A stretch of 61,566 bases of DNA, counting the filler, from Sphacelaria rigidula (lineage: Eukaryota), in the NCBI GenBank assembly GCA_964200075.2. It is 10 parts of 10 records of this genome, joined end to end, with 100 filler letters (N's around TTAATTAATTAA, not from the genome) between each part and the next. Parts side by side here need not be neighbours in the genome. Positions count along the whole stretch, not along the records: positions 18,502 to 24,568 come from CAXNAA020022461.1; positions 24,669 to 30,735 come from CAXNAA020022462.1; positions 30,836 to 36,902 come from CAXNAA020022463.1; 7 more parts are not named here. The stretch is one strand, 5' to 3'. The notes below the pieces were generated by a model, which did not search any database, was not told the DNA's origin, and worked only from the letters and a program-made list of their open reading frames with translations. The stretch's first letter is position 1. The number at the start of each line of letters is the position of its first letter. Below, piece after piece: positions 23,983 through 35,480 of this stretch. The translations under genes were made by a program, and so were the position numbers.

Positions 23983-25399
23983 CGTTCCTACTCCTAATAG
24001 AGCCACATTCAACATTCCGGCGCTCATTACGTTGCTTCCATACATTGCACGAAAGCCCTCTACATGTTATCCCCGTCCTGTTTCACCGTCTGTGTCCAAC
24101 ATTCATCTCGTAGTATAGCCATCGTTTTCTCCCTACTTTCTACTGCATCGAACGATTTCATGACACTTCGTTTACGCCCCGCATTTCCCGCTCTAGCACA
24201 TCCCGTTCTTTCTTGTATAGTTGACATTCTGCCACTATATGACTTCTGCTCTCTATTCCTTTGCCACAGGGGCAGTTTTCTCCATCTACTTACTCCTCCT
24301 TTCGGAGACCGGTATACATCTTTCTTCTTTTTGACAGGTTCACGTTCCCCACCCGGAATCGCAGTTTAAGAATTTTCGCAGCGTCTATTGGGGCATGCAA
24401 ATATGCTTTCATCCCAATCCCCTCTCTCAATCACCCGTATATCTCCAGGTGTTTTTCCTCGTCTACTTTACGATAGGGAGGAGGGGGGGGGGGGGGGTTT
24501 GGTTGCACTAAAAAAGGGTCATGGGGGGGAGGGGAAGGGAGGCGGGGGGGGAAAGGGTGTGGAGGTGGNNNNNNNNNNNNNNNNNNNNNNNNNNNNNNNN
24601 NNNNNNNNNNNNTTAATTAATTAANNNNNNNNNNNNNNNNNNNNNNNNNNNNNNNNNNNNNNNNNNNNGAAAGGTGTAGACTGGTGCCCAGAATTAATGG
24701 GACGACAACACACACACCACTAGTACATTCTACAGCAACTACAATCGCAGTGAGAGCACGGAATGAGGCGAACAGCTATGCTACAACACCGCCGAGAACG
24801 GACCGAACGAGATCAACCAACGCTACTACAGCTACAACATCAAGATCGAGCGTGGATCCAGCGAGATCAACGAACGCCACCACAACACTACACAATGTTA
24901 GCCAATGAATGATTGACTGGTAGCAGGGCCATAAAACATGGTACTTCCAACAACCGGTATATTTGACAGCTATGGGCGCGCCTGACGCCCCAAAATGGGC
25001 AAAAAAAAGTGTCAACGACCAATACAACGAACAGGCACGAACAGACCGAGTTCTGGGGCTTATCCAGGCTCGTGGGGTAAAATGTGCCTTACGACATCGG
25101 AAGAGAACAGCATGCATCCAAAATTCACATCGAGAAAAAGTGGACTGCATTCTAAAATCAGAACCCTACCGCTATTTCCGTTGTTGTTCCTCATATATTA
25201 CATGCCACTGCGTCGCTTTTCGTCCGAGCTTGCGATACGCTGGCATGCAGGGAGGCTAGTCGGGTTGACTCAACCCAACGCACACCGAGAACACTCGGGC
25301 AAGGGCGGTACATACACTCCCTGAATAAAGTGAGGCCTTGGTAGACCCCAATTCGGCGCCTGTGGCGCTGATTTCAACAAGAACGCGTTCTGCGCACCC

Positions 25400-25845
25400 G
25401 AGGAGCACACGGGACTGTCAGCACTATTGAATTCCGATTCTCGTTGTACGCACTCAAATCAAGTAATATCAGCCACGAACATTTGTAGCCCAACGCCGGT
25501 AACTGAAACCGGGACGCTGAAGCATTTTTGGGGGGATGCGGACTGAATTTGGCCAACTTCATGTGCTCAACATAGGACAGAACCAGCTTCATTTTCGAAA
25601 AGTAAACCGCAAACGGGGTACCAGCGGGGTCGTGAACTGAGCCAACATGCTCATGACTCCCTCCGGTGTGACCTTACTTAACACTCTACTCATCATAACG
25701 AGCAGATGGTCGAAAGCTTCGGGTCCAGTTTCCCTCTACTCGGCCTGCATACGAATATCCTGCTCCGTTGCATCATTCACGTGGGAGCGTTACGCCACAG
25801 CTTCCTGTGGGCCAGAGCGAATGGCACGCAACAAATACCTTTGAA
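25400..25845 (-). mobile_element. Possible decayed LTR-retrotransposon gag-like fragment
   Basis: Frameshifted reading EAFDHLLVMMSRVLSKVTPEGVMSMLAQFTTP/AGTPFAVYFSKMKLVLSYVEH looks helical and gag-like; no diagnostic motif. Confidence 0.3.
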
Positions 25846-25870
25846 AACATTTCTCCCATGTTCATGTCGA

Positions 25871-25925
25871 ACGGCTGGATCCCTGGGGGGGTCAGTTAAA
25901 GTGCGACAATCAATCAATGAATCGA
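25871..25925 (+). mobile_element. Non-LTR (LINE/SINE) 3' end with (CAAT)n tail; other copies 59228-59315 (-) and 61320-61398 (-)
   Basis: acggctggatccctggggggtcagttaaagtgcgac followed by aatcaatcaat in three copies. Confidence 0.7.
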
Positions 25926-26324
25926 ATTCAAAATCAAAATGGACAGGGTCAGTGTCACCCGCAATTAGACGAATACTTTCTATCGAATTTTTCATGGCCC
26001 ATAGCACATTTGTGCAAAATTTCACGATCTAACTCCTAAAAACGGCGTGAAGTTTTGCGCGTTTGGGCGATGAAATTTTCCGTGCCACGGTGAAACCGCA
26101 AACTATCTGATTTTAGTATGAAAATGGCTTTTTTGGGCCTTCTTTGACGTGAACATAAAAGTTGAAGCATCAGTTTTATCGAGTTTGACCACAAAACTTT
26201 GTGGGGCCCTTCCTTGAGTCATGCGGCGACAGCTCGTTCGCCACAAAAAATGAAAAAAAAATCGCAGTGCCGGTTTCCCGGGATCCCAGAATGGAGACTA
26301 CTTCGAAAAAACCAAGGTTGTGTC

Positions 26325-26885
26325 CTGTAGGGTACGAGCATGTCCTGTAGGGTATGAGATTCCGTATAGAACTTACAGCACTATCGGGTACCGGTGTGAA
26401 AGTCTTACAGATATTACAAAACTGTCGGATACCGGTTTGAAAGTCTTACAGGAAATACAGAACTTGTCGGGTATGGTACGGGAGGCTTACAGAAAACCGT
26501 ACCGGCAATCAGGCATTTCTTCAAGGGCGTACCCGCACTCCAGGTACGGGTATATATTCTGTACATAACTCACAGAACTATCGGGTGAGGGTATGGGAGG
26601 CTTAAAGAATTCACAGAAACTGTCGGCTAGGGTTTGGAGGTTGCACAGAAAACCGTACCCGCAACCGTATATCGTATCAAGGGCATACCCGTGCCCCCGG
26701 TAACGGTACGGGAGGCTCGCGGAATTTACAGAACTATCGGGTAAGGGTATGAAAGTCTTACAGAGTTTACAGAACTATCGGGTATCGGTATGACAGTCTT
26801 ACAGAAGTCACATGACTGTCGGGTACGGTAAGTACCCGGGTAAATACCCTGGGTATACAGAAAATCGTACCCTACGGAACGCAAC
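26325..26885 (+). repeat. Degenerate ~39-bp tandem array (cttacagaa...tatcgggta), probably a MITE body
   Basis: Recurrent acagaactatcgggta and gtcttacag motifs; flanked by two copies of cccatagcacattt...aacggcgt (~25998 and ~26983). Confidence 0.7.
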
Positions 26886-28913
26886 TTTGGAAAAGACGAC
26901 TTGGATCCCGTCGGACTTCCGAAAAGCGGGAAGTTAGTCAAAAAGTAAAATAACCCTTCGCCCTTTGAAAGTTGCGTAATGACCCATAGCACATTTATGG
27001 GAAGTTTCAGGGTCTAGCTCCTAATAACGGCGTCAAGTTTTGCGGGTTTGTGCGAGGTCGTGAGCTTAAAACGTACGCACTAAAAAGTCAGCAAGCCCAT
27101 CTGCCCCGATCTTGGGTTGCACGTTGCAGCAGTGCGCGAAGAGGTGAAAAGAGGTCAGATTCTGTTGCAAAGCAGTTGCTATTTTATTTTATTTTTTTCT
27201 GGCGTAAGACTGAAAAAGTGTCTGCGGCGCCAACAGGGCGAGCAGGGGGAAAACAAAACAAAACACAACACAACGAGTGGCTTCTGTGTTCCGTGCAACC
27301 GTATAGTGAATCTGGAGTGCGCCACGCTCTGTAGTCGCACTTTGATAACTTGACTCTCATCCTGCGAAACCACCTACGGCCTGGTGGCGGTATTTGTTGG
27401 CGGTTTGGGGCAGAAATCGAGATACCCGAGAATGAACGCCCGATTGCGCTGAAAGTTGATGGGCGTGCAGCTGATGCGAAGAGCGCGTGGTTGTCTCCAT
27501 CGTTGTACCTAGACAGCTTTCACCTCAACTTTGTGTCGCGGCACAGACTGTGCTAAATACCTGAACAGCCAGTGCGGGTGCCCCCGAAGCGTGTCGGATA
27601 TGTAGACCTCGGATTACGGGTTTTAGTTAATCACTCTGAATAAGACGGTTCATTGAGTGGCTGAACCGCGCAATCGATGGTGTTTAGATGTGTCAAATCG
27701 GTTACGATACAATGAAGAGGTGACGCATTAGCTCAGTGTTGACAGTCATCGAAAGATCAGACTGTGTGAGAATGGTGGTGTTGGTTCGAGTCCGTACGCA
27801 CAGCTGTTCTACTTCCTCTCGTCTTTTCTTTTTTGCCTTTTTTGCCCTGCCTGTTACGAGCTGAGCCAGCCTAAAAACGGGTTTGTAAGCTTTCACAGCC
27901 AGATAACATCGACACATACGAATTGTGGCGTAACTCGCATATCTTATAAATCGTCCTATCAGGGGAAAATGCTAACCCGCTCAAAAGCCTGGGCTACATT
28001 TTATTCGTTGATCACACGCCATGCCGAGTACAATTCCTATACCGTTGGGAGATACGGTCCGCACCAAAGTCTATGTGAAACCCCGAACGATGTATACAGT
28101 GGATGATGGCGATTTTTGGTGTGAACTTTCCCTGGAGCACGAGGAAACGATCGATACCCTCACCTTCCCCTGATTTGCTTTCTATAGAGATATGGTGCAC
28201 ATTATATTCGATACTGAACTCAAGCCGTTACGAGCAGAGGCCCTGGATACACTGAATCCGGATTTCGCGTCGTCACGGTTTCGAGAGGTGTGCTTTGAAG
28301 TTTGGTATGGAGAATCGCTAGGGCATAATCCACAAGAAGAGTCTTCACGTCCTTGAGATGTTTTTTTTTTTTTCGTGTCTTGAAGGAGTCTCACGGGAAA
28401 ATGGACTTTGTTTCTGGCCCTCGTCTCAGTTTTAGTCGAGAATTTTGCTTCAAAAGTGACTAAGGAGAATCACAAGGGCATACTGAAAACAAAAAAAGTG
28501 GGCCTTCATATTTTCCTTTTTCTTGATCAGTTCAGGATGTTAAACGTCCTTAACTCATGAAGAAAAATAAAAAGTCAACGTGTCCTAATTCTTTTCCTTA
28601 CCTCGCGATTTCCCACACAAAATTCCACAGCACTAGTACCAAAACTGGGCTGGTGAATGACCTTCAGAATATTGGTCCGAATCTAAACCCACTCGGGTTC
28701 TAATATGCCCATGCTCACCTAAAAAAATTGAGAGTGAAAACCGCATCTCGTTCCTTGCCTTCAACTCATGGAAAAGAAAACAAAGAGCTCAACGTTTCAA
28801 AAATTGTTGTTTGACTGCGGCCGCATAATTCTCTCTGTACCACATATTTAAACGTCCAGCTTTCAAAATTGAGGAGAGAATGAGTCTGCAACCTACAGAT
28901 CCGCTCCTAGGCT

Positions 28914-29100
28914 GAGGTGACTTTACCACTCGGTAGTTGACAGATATTCCTCGGAAATTTATGGTTTGAGCACGCCAGGAGCATAGGCCCGTCCAAAGAT
29001 CCGGATTTCGGTGTTCACACTCAAATCCAATATTGCACCTGTCCACAAACCAGAATTTTTCGAGAACTATCTGTCAACTACCGAGTGGTAAAGTCTACTG
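28914..29100. mobile_element. hAT-like MITE with 8-bp TSD
   Basis: About 55-bp TIRs (gactttaccactcggtagttgacagata...), right end ...gtctactg; cctaggct duplicated at 28906-28913 and 29101-29108. Confidence 0.8.
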
Positions 29101-29369
29101 CCTAGGCTGACGCGGCTCATATTTTCCTCGTGGTCACAATGTGTTTTGCTATCGGTGCCCATCTATCTCATTGTGCGCACCCCTTCGTTGGCATTAATAT
29201 ATACTACATAGTATTGATACCCGCGCGATAATGGTCACCCTCGCTCCGATAATAACGCCAAGCACCCATGGGCAGCTAATGGTGGTGCTCAATTACACAG
29301 TCGTCGACCCACTACTCCTCGATCGCGTAGACAATTTTCAACTTACACACGAGGCGAATCGGCTCCCGT

Positions 29370-30240
29370 CTAGAGTAATATCTTTTCAACCCTCAGAGTA
29401 TTTTGGTGAGAATACGTATACTCCGTACTGGTCACTTGTGATGCCTCTAGAGTATTTGCAGTCCTCTACGATCCTTAGGAGGGCAAGTTTTAAAAACAGC
29501 TCAGAGGATTTCGGAGGACTGCGAATAGAGTACGCAAAATCAAATCCTTCACAGTATTTTGTGAAAACACGTGTACTCGGTGCTGGTCGTCCTTGTTTTC
29601 CCTTCGGCATTATTTGCAGCCTCTCTCGAGAGCTTCTCTCAATAAATTATGGAGGATTTTGGAGGACTGCGATTACTCCTCTCGAGCACGCAAAATCGTA
29701 TCTTCCAGAGTATTTGTATAATGAAGTGTACTCGGCACTGCGGATCGTTCTCGATCACTCGAGAGTAGTACTTACTGTCCTCTGTACTCCTGTGGGGCTT
29801 GTTTAAAATACTGCGGAGGATTTCAGACGTTGCAAATACTCTTAAGGATGGGCAGTTGAATCCTCCAGAGTACGTTGTGACATGATATGTAAACGGTGTT
29901 AATCGTTGTTGACTCCTCGAGAGCATTTATTTGTAATCAGTCCTCTGCAATTCTCCGGCGTGCTGAGCTGTCAGAAATACCCCGAGGGAGCGGGCACTTT
30001 TTCGTCCTCAAAAACCTTTTGTGACAACAGGAATCACTGTTATGGTCGTTTTGAGTTCCTTAAAAAACAAGAACCTACTCTTTGGCACCCTTCGGCAGCA
30101 AGCCCCCGTCTATATCCTTTTGAGGAGCAACAAAGTGTAATCCTCGAGAGGGTTATGTGGAAAGCGTATCATCAGCCGTAGTCTGCTTTAAATTGCTCCA
30201 GAGGAAATAATGTCGGTTTCTGTAATCTCCTGGTCAGCTG
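29370..30240. repeat. Highly degenerate ctc(g/c)aga(g) repeat array
   Basis: Recurrent cctcgagag, ctccagag and gaggatt motifs; explains ORF 29231..29806. Confidence 0.5.
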
Positions 30241-30835
30241 CTGAAATGCTCAACCTTAACAGGGTTCGATCGAGCTGAATTTTACGCACACCGTTTTTGA
30301 CTGACGCGATATATTGTATGCGATTCCCTCCCTTCACTGCTATCCGTGCCGGCCTGCTCCGTCAAGCTTACCATAATTGCACGCCATCGGAGTACACGCC
30401 TCGCTCCCGGACCCAACTGCACTCCATTCCCGCGAAATACACACACGCTCCCTTGTAAAGAGGCGTTTTGCTGTACCCCGACGCGCGAATTACACCAAAT
30501 AAGCGAAAAAAAACTCGCCCCATGCTTCATACTGTTGGTACAACACACACTTCAAAACCAACAGCTATCACCTCTTGCGCCGTTGGAAATCATGACTGCC
30601 GAAACAACGACGAACACAGCATTAGGTGTAACAGAGGCACCCCATTACCCCCCCCGCCCACCCGACTATAATGGTGACGCACCCATGAGGCAGTGTATAA
30701 GCCGTGGCTGTCTCTGGAAGTGGCGATACCAGAAANNNNNNNNNNNNNNNNNNNNNNNNNNNNNNNNNNNNNNNNNNNNTTAATTAATTAANNNNNNNNN
30801 NNNNNNNNNNNNNNNNNNNNNNNNNNNNNNNNNNN

Positions 30836-31547
30836 CACTTGTCGTTGCATTTGAGACCCGCGCCATCAATCGCCGACAGCAAGGGTCTTGTGGCTTTCAC
30901 GCAACGCTGTCGGTCGTACGGCAGGCAAACCCGATCATAGCTAGCTTTCGTTGCGACCGTACTCACTCCCGACCGGAGGTCGCAACGGGTATGAAAGCTA
31001 AACAGTTGGTTTTTCTCAACTTCATTCACACAATTCAACCAGGAAAGGTGGTCGCCTTGGATCCGCCTAAACACGCAAATATACCGTCGAACAGCAATAC
31101 CAAACGTTTCTGGGGTTGACATCAGCCAGTCCGTGGAGAACGGAACAAAAATCGACAAGTTACCGTTCGTATTAGAAAACAATGCACACGAAACGCTTTG
31201 CAGGTTGAAAAACATGCATTTTCATGGAGAAGAAACTTCCCGTACCCCCATTAGTGTTATGTGCGGTCGAAAAACTCTACTGGCCTTCATTAATACCTGG
31301 CGGGGGGACAGGGAAGACGTCCTCCCTCAGGTCTCGAGCGTCGTTTGAATTGTGTGAATGAAGTTGAGAAAAACCAACTGTTAAGCTTTCATACCCGTTG
31401 CGACCTCCGGTCGGGAGTGAGTACGGTCGCAACGAAAGCTAGCTATGATCGGGTTTGCCTGCCGTACGACCGACAGCGTTGAGTGAAAGCCACAAGACCT
31501 TTGCTGTCGGCGATTGATGGCGCGGGTCTCAAATGCAACGACAAGTG
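30836..31547. mobile_element. Young MITE with ~200-bp near-perfect TIRs; left end at the contig edge
   Basis: 30836-31038 is the near-exact reverse complement of 31346-31547. Confidence 0.9.
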
Positions 31548-31689
31548 GTTGATGGTAGAGCACTCTCGTTCAGCTTGTAATGCATGACCTCCTCACATCA
31601 GAGCAGTTCTGGAAAGCTACTCGTAGTGTACCCAGGTGTTCACGCGACCAGCGTGTGCTCCAGGTTGTAGCAAGGACGGACTCCTATGC

Positions 31690-32662
31690 GCCACACCAGC
31701 AACAGTTAGGTCACCACCATAGGTATCTTTTTTCACTCCGCATGTCAAATAGGTCTCTACAAGTGTTTGATCTCTCATACACCCCCCTCAACTGGCGTGT
31801 GGTAGGCTGTTCTCGTCGGGCACCCAGAGGGTCAGATGTGGGTGAACTCAATGATGAATAAGACCCCCCAAGATCAAATTGAATCTATTTGTTATGGCCG
31901 CACCACCGTCCTTGCTGGCATATGTGTGACAGAGAACAACAGTATATATATTTTTCTTCACTCCGCATGTCAAGAAGGTCTCCACAAGTTTTTGATATCT
32001 CACACACACCTTCCAAGTGGCCTGTGGCACGCTCTTGTGGCCGGGCATCAAGATGGTCACGTGTCATGTCGGGTTAAATCAACGATAAATAACACCCCCC
32101 AAGTTCAAATTGGATTCGTCATTATTGCCGCAGCGCACCGTCCTTGCTGGCATGTGTGTGACAAAGAACAGTAGTAGCGGTGACGGGAACATTACTCTCT
32201 TTTTCAACGACATGTTTTTCAGCGCTCAGATGCGCGTCCTGCCGAAAAAGAAAGGCAGAGAGAAATCGATCTTCGAACTGGTGAGCTCCACAGACAAGAA
32301 GAGACGAAATCTCTCCGCAGCTCGATAATCTTTGGGAGGCTGTGCGCAGCAACATAATAACGTGCCTACCGGCATATGATAAATTGGGTACATGCTGGTA
32401 GCATGCATGATGCCAGTCTCTTGAGCGATTGGTGATCGCCGAGCGAGGACGCACAAAGGACACGGGCGAGGAGCTTCCTCTCTGTCGTTGCTTCTCTCTC
32501 TGGTGGCATCGTCATTGACACGCGTGTACACCGCATTCGTTCGGTGCACCTAGCCACAACTGATTCACTGTTGCAGAGTTTTTGGGAGAAAGATGGTTTC
32601 GCTCTGTGTAACTGTTTCGCGCTATCTCTGCAAAAAAGGTATGCCACTTGAACCTCATTTTA
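31690..32662 (+). mobile_element. Non-coding interspersed element with an internal ~220-bp duplication; second copy 42172-42890 (-)
   Basis: Long collinear similarity from gcaacagttaggtcaccaccataggtatc to gccacttgaacctcattt between contigs 6 and 7. Confidence 0.85.
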
Positions 32663-32989
32663 GAGATCGACCCCCATTTTCCAGGATCCACTGGTAAGTG
32701 CCTCTCTCAGTATTTCGACTCGACCGAGTATCATTCTGTCGGCCTCAATTTGCGTCCTCAGCGGCCACGTGCCTAACAATGGATAGGAAGCCACCCGTGA
32801 AATACATGCACGTGCGCGGATGTGTCGTGTCCTTAGCCTACGGTATTTCGTCAAGTAGTATACGCGGAGCACATGCGTACATGCTCGCGCTTGTGAAATC
32901 GCCTTGTAACGCTGGTACACGGCGAACAGCACACAGAAGGGCGAGCGCGATGGACTACAACGATGCTTTGGAGCTCCCTGCATGACGGT

Positions 32990-33330
32990 ACGCGACTCCG
33001 AGGCCATGCACTTCCTTGTCGACATAGAACATTCCATCATTGTGATTAAGTCGATCGAAACCTCGTTGTTGCTGTTGCAGATCTGCACTGTCAGCCCGTA
33101 TGATGATGTTCTCCTTACTAATTTTCTTCCAAAAATAAACTCATCCCTTTAGCTCTAAACAGACTGTAGCATTCTGCAGAGCCAATAACTCCACAGGCAA
33201 CAACGGGCGATGCATCCTCTCTTGGCCTCAGTGCAAGATGATACATCCTCCTTTGATACGGCCAAGGACGTTTTTTTCGTCTGTCCGTCCCCAGGAGACA
33301 GGTAGGGGCCTTACCGTGCACTTCGCTATT
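32990..33330 (-). mobile_element. Decayed Ty1/copia RNase H relic
   Basis: PVSWG..., VSSCTEA...C...YWLCRML and ICNSNNEVSIDL appear in copia order (ISWxS, STxEAEY, WL, DNxxAIxL), with frameshifts. Confidence 0.45.
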
Positions 33331-34609
33331 TCTAGTTTCGTACAGGGCCTCCGAGCACGCTCTACTTCGCCGCCGCTTCAAACTCAGTCCTCGAGCTGAA
33401 CTGCCATCGAGATGCTCCGGTGTACGAGTAGCATCAAGGTGGCGGCCCTCCTACCTAGGTGGTCTCGAAGGACTTGGATGATAAATTATCCCCACCGAGC
33501 AAACCTCGTTGTGATGTCCCCTAGCTCGACTCTGTACACGAGTCACCCTACCCATCCGGGCGTTGATCCTCAAGAGACGAACCTATAAAACAAAATTACC
33601 ACGCCCGCGGAAGGCATACGAGAGAATAACACCCCACACCGATAACACCCGAGGGAATCAAATAACACGACGAAGTAGCTAGTTTAAGGCGGGTGAAGGT
33701 CAAAAAAAAAAATAAGAACTTGATTCATTCATGTCGACAAGACTACTATACTGCTGACAGCATACGGCGACTCTTCTCGAGAGTAATATTATTTCTACCT
33801 TTAACCACCACCCCCGCAACTCAATTCGGTACGGTTGTGGGTTCGATCAAGACACATGAAAACACTTTTTCTTGTCATCAAACATCTTGACTCGAAACGC
33901 AAGCTGTATTCTCGTGGTTCTCAAGCTGAGGCTCTTCCTCGTCTACACTAGAGTATGACACACGATATTATAACACATACACTCAACTATCGCATACACC
34001 AGAGTATGGCGCATGCACTGAAGTATAACACACTGGAATATGGCACGCACACTCGATTAAAGCACACACGTTTCGATCACACCATCTCACTTTCACTTTC
34101 GCAATTATTCGCTGGCGTGATTCAAACCAAACCAAAACTAAAACGAAGGTATCACATGTCACCAGGTATTGAAACATATGAATACGTCACTAGGTATCAA
34201 AAATCCGAAGAAAGTGTAAAGGAAAAATATGCATTTCAGCTATGCTACTTGTGGCATGAGTGGTCGTTGTGATAGTGGAAATGGTAGTAACACGCGCTAC
34301 AAAATGAGAATACGCGAGAACTAAACGTTTGGCACATGAAGAGGGCAAAAAGACAGCACCTGCAAACACAAGAATACGAAACGCACCTCAAGCTCTACAT
34401 GAATACTCAGACTCCCTACACAAAATACTCGAAACAACAACAATCGGATAGCCATAATAATAGCAGCAACAACACTAAATAGTAACCGTGATGATACTGA
34501 TAATAATAATAATAATAATCCTAAAACGTTCTGGAGACAAGAGGAAACGACAGGAGCTGGCTAAAGACACATGAAACGAAAGCTTCCACGTGAGTCCAAA
34601 ATTCCTCAC

Positions 34610-34711
34610 GACTAGTTCGTCGACAAGGCGGGCGAGAAAAACAAAATCTATGTTCTCCTGCGCCCACCCTCCAATCCCTTGCAAGGCCGTTGTCATCTCT
34701 CCAAGGTCATC
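34610..34711 (-). CDS. Orphan internal exon, unknown protein
   Basis: tttcAG acceptor, GTgagg donor, phase 0/0; DDLGEMTTALQGIGGWAQENIDFVFLARLVDELV. Confidence 0.5.
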
Positions 34712-34914
34712 CTGAAATTCAAAAATACACAGGAAGCACGACAAGCAGAATCACAAACGCGGCCATGCATGCAAATGGCGGAGCGGCGGCGGCGGCAGCA
34801 TTAGCGCGGGGGACAGCCGGGGTAAACATCCGAAAGGGCTTCAATAGAACGTGCTCATCTTCACTTGGCGATACGACGATAAAAGCGTGGGAAACACGAA
34901 GAGCCATCGGAGAA

Positions 34915-35480
34915 ATGATCGGTCGCATGGTTGTTTGGTTGTTTGGTTGACTGACTGACCAACCGAGTGATTGATTGATTGCTTGGTTGATTGGTTGATT
35001 GGTCGGTTGGTTGGTTGGTCGACTGATTGATTGATTGATTGGTTGGTTTATGCGTTGATTGATCGTTTCTTGATTGCTTGGTTGGTTGACTGATTGGTTG
35101 GTCCGTGGATTGGTCGTTTGGTTGGTTGGTTGGTTCATCGATTCGTTGATTGGTTCATCGATTCGTTGATTGGTTGATTGATTCGTTGATTGATCGTTTG
35201 ATTGATTACTTGGTTGGTCGACTGATTGATTGGTTGGTGGATTGGTCGTTTGGTTGGTTGGTTGAATGGTTGGTTGGTTGGTTGAATGGTTGGTCGATTT
35301 TTTGGTTGGTTAGTCGGTTGGTAAGTTTATTCGTTGATTGATCGTTTGGTTGATTGCTTGGTTGGTCGACTGATTGATTGGTCGGTGGATTGGTCGTTTG
35401 GTTGGCTGATTGGTTGGTTGGCTGGTTCGATCGATTGACTGCTTGATTAGTCGGCTGGTGGATACGTGGGTTGGTTATTC
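34915..35480. repeat. Complex (GGTT/GATT)n tetranucleotide repeat tract
   Basis: Direct observation; source of the NQPT-rich ORFs. Confidence 0.95.
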
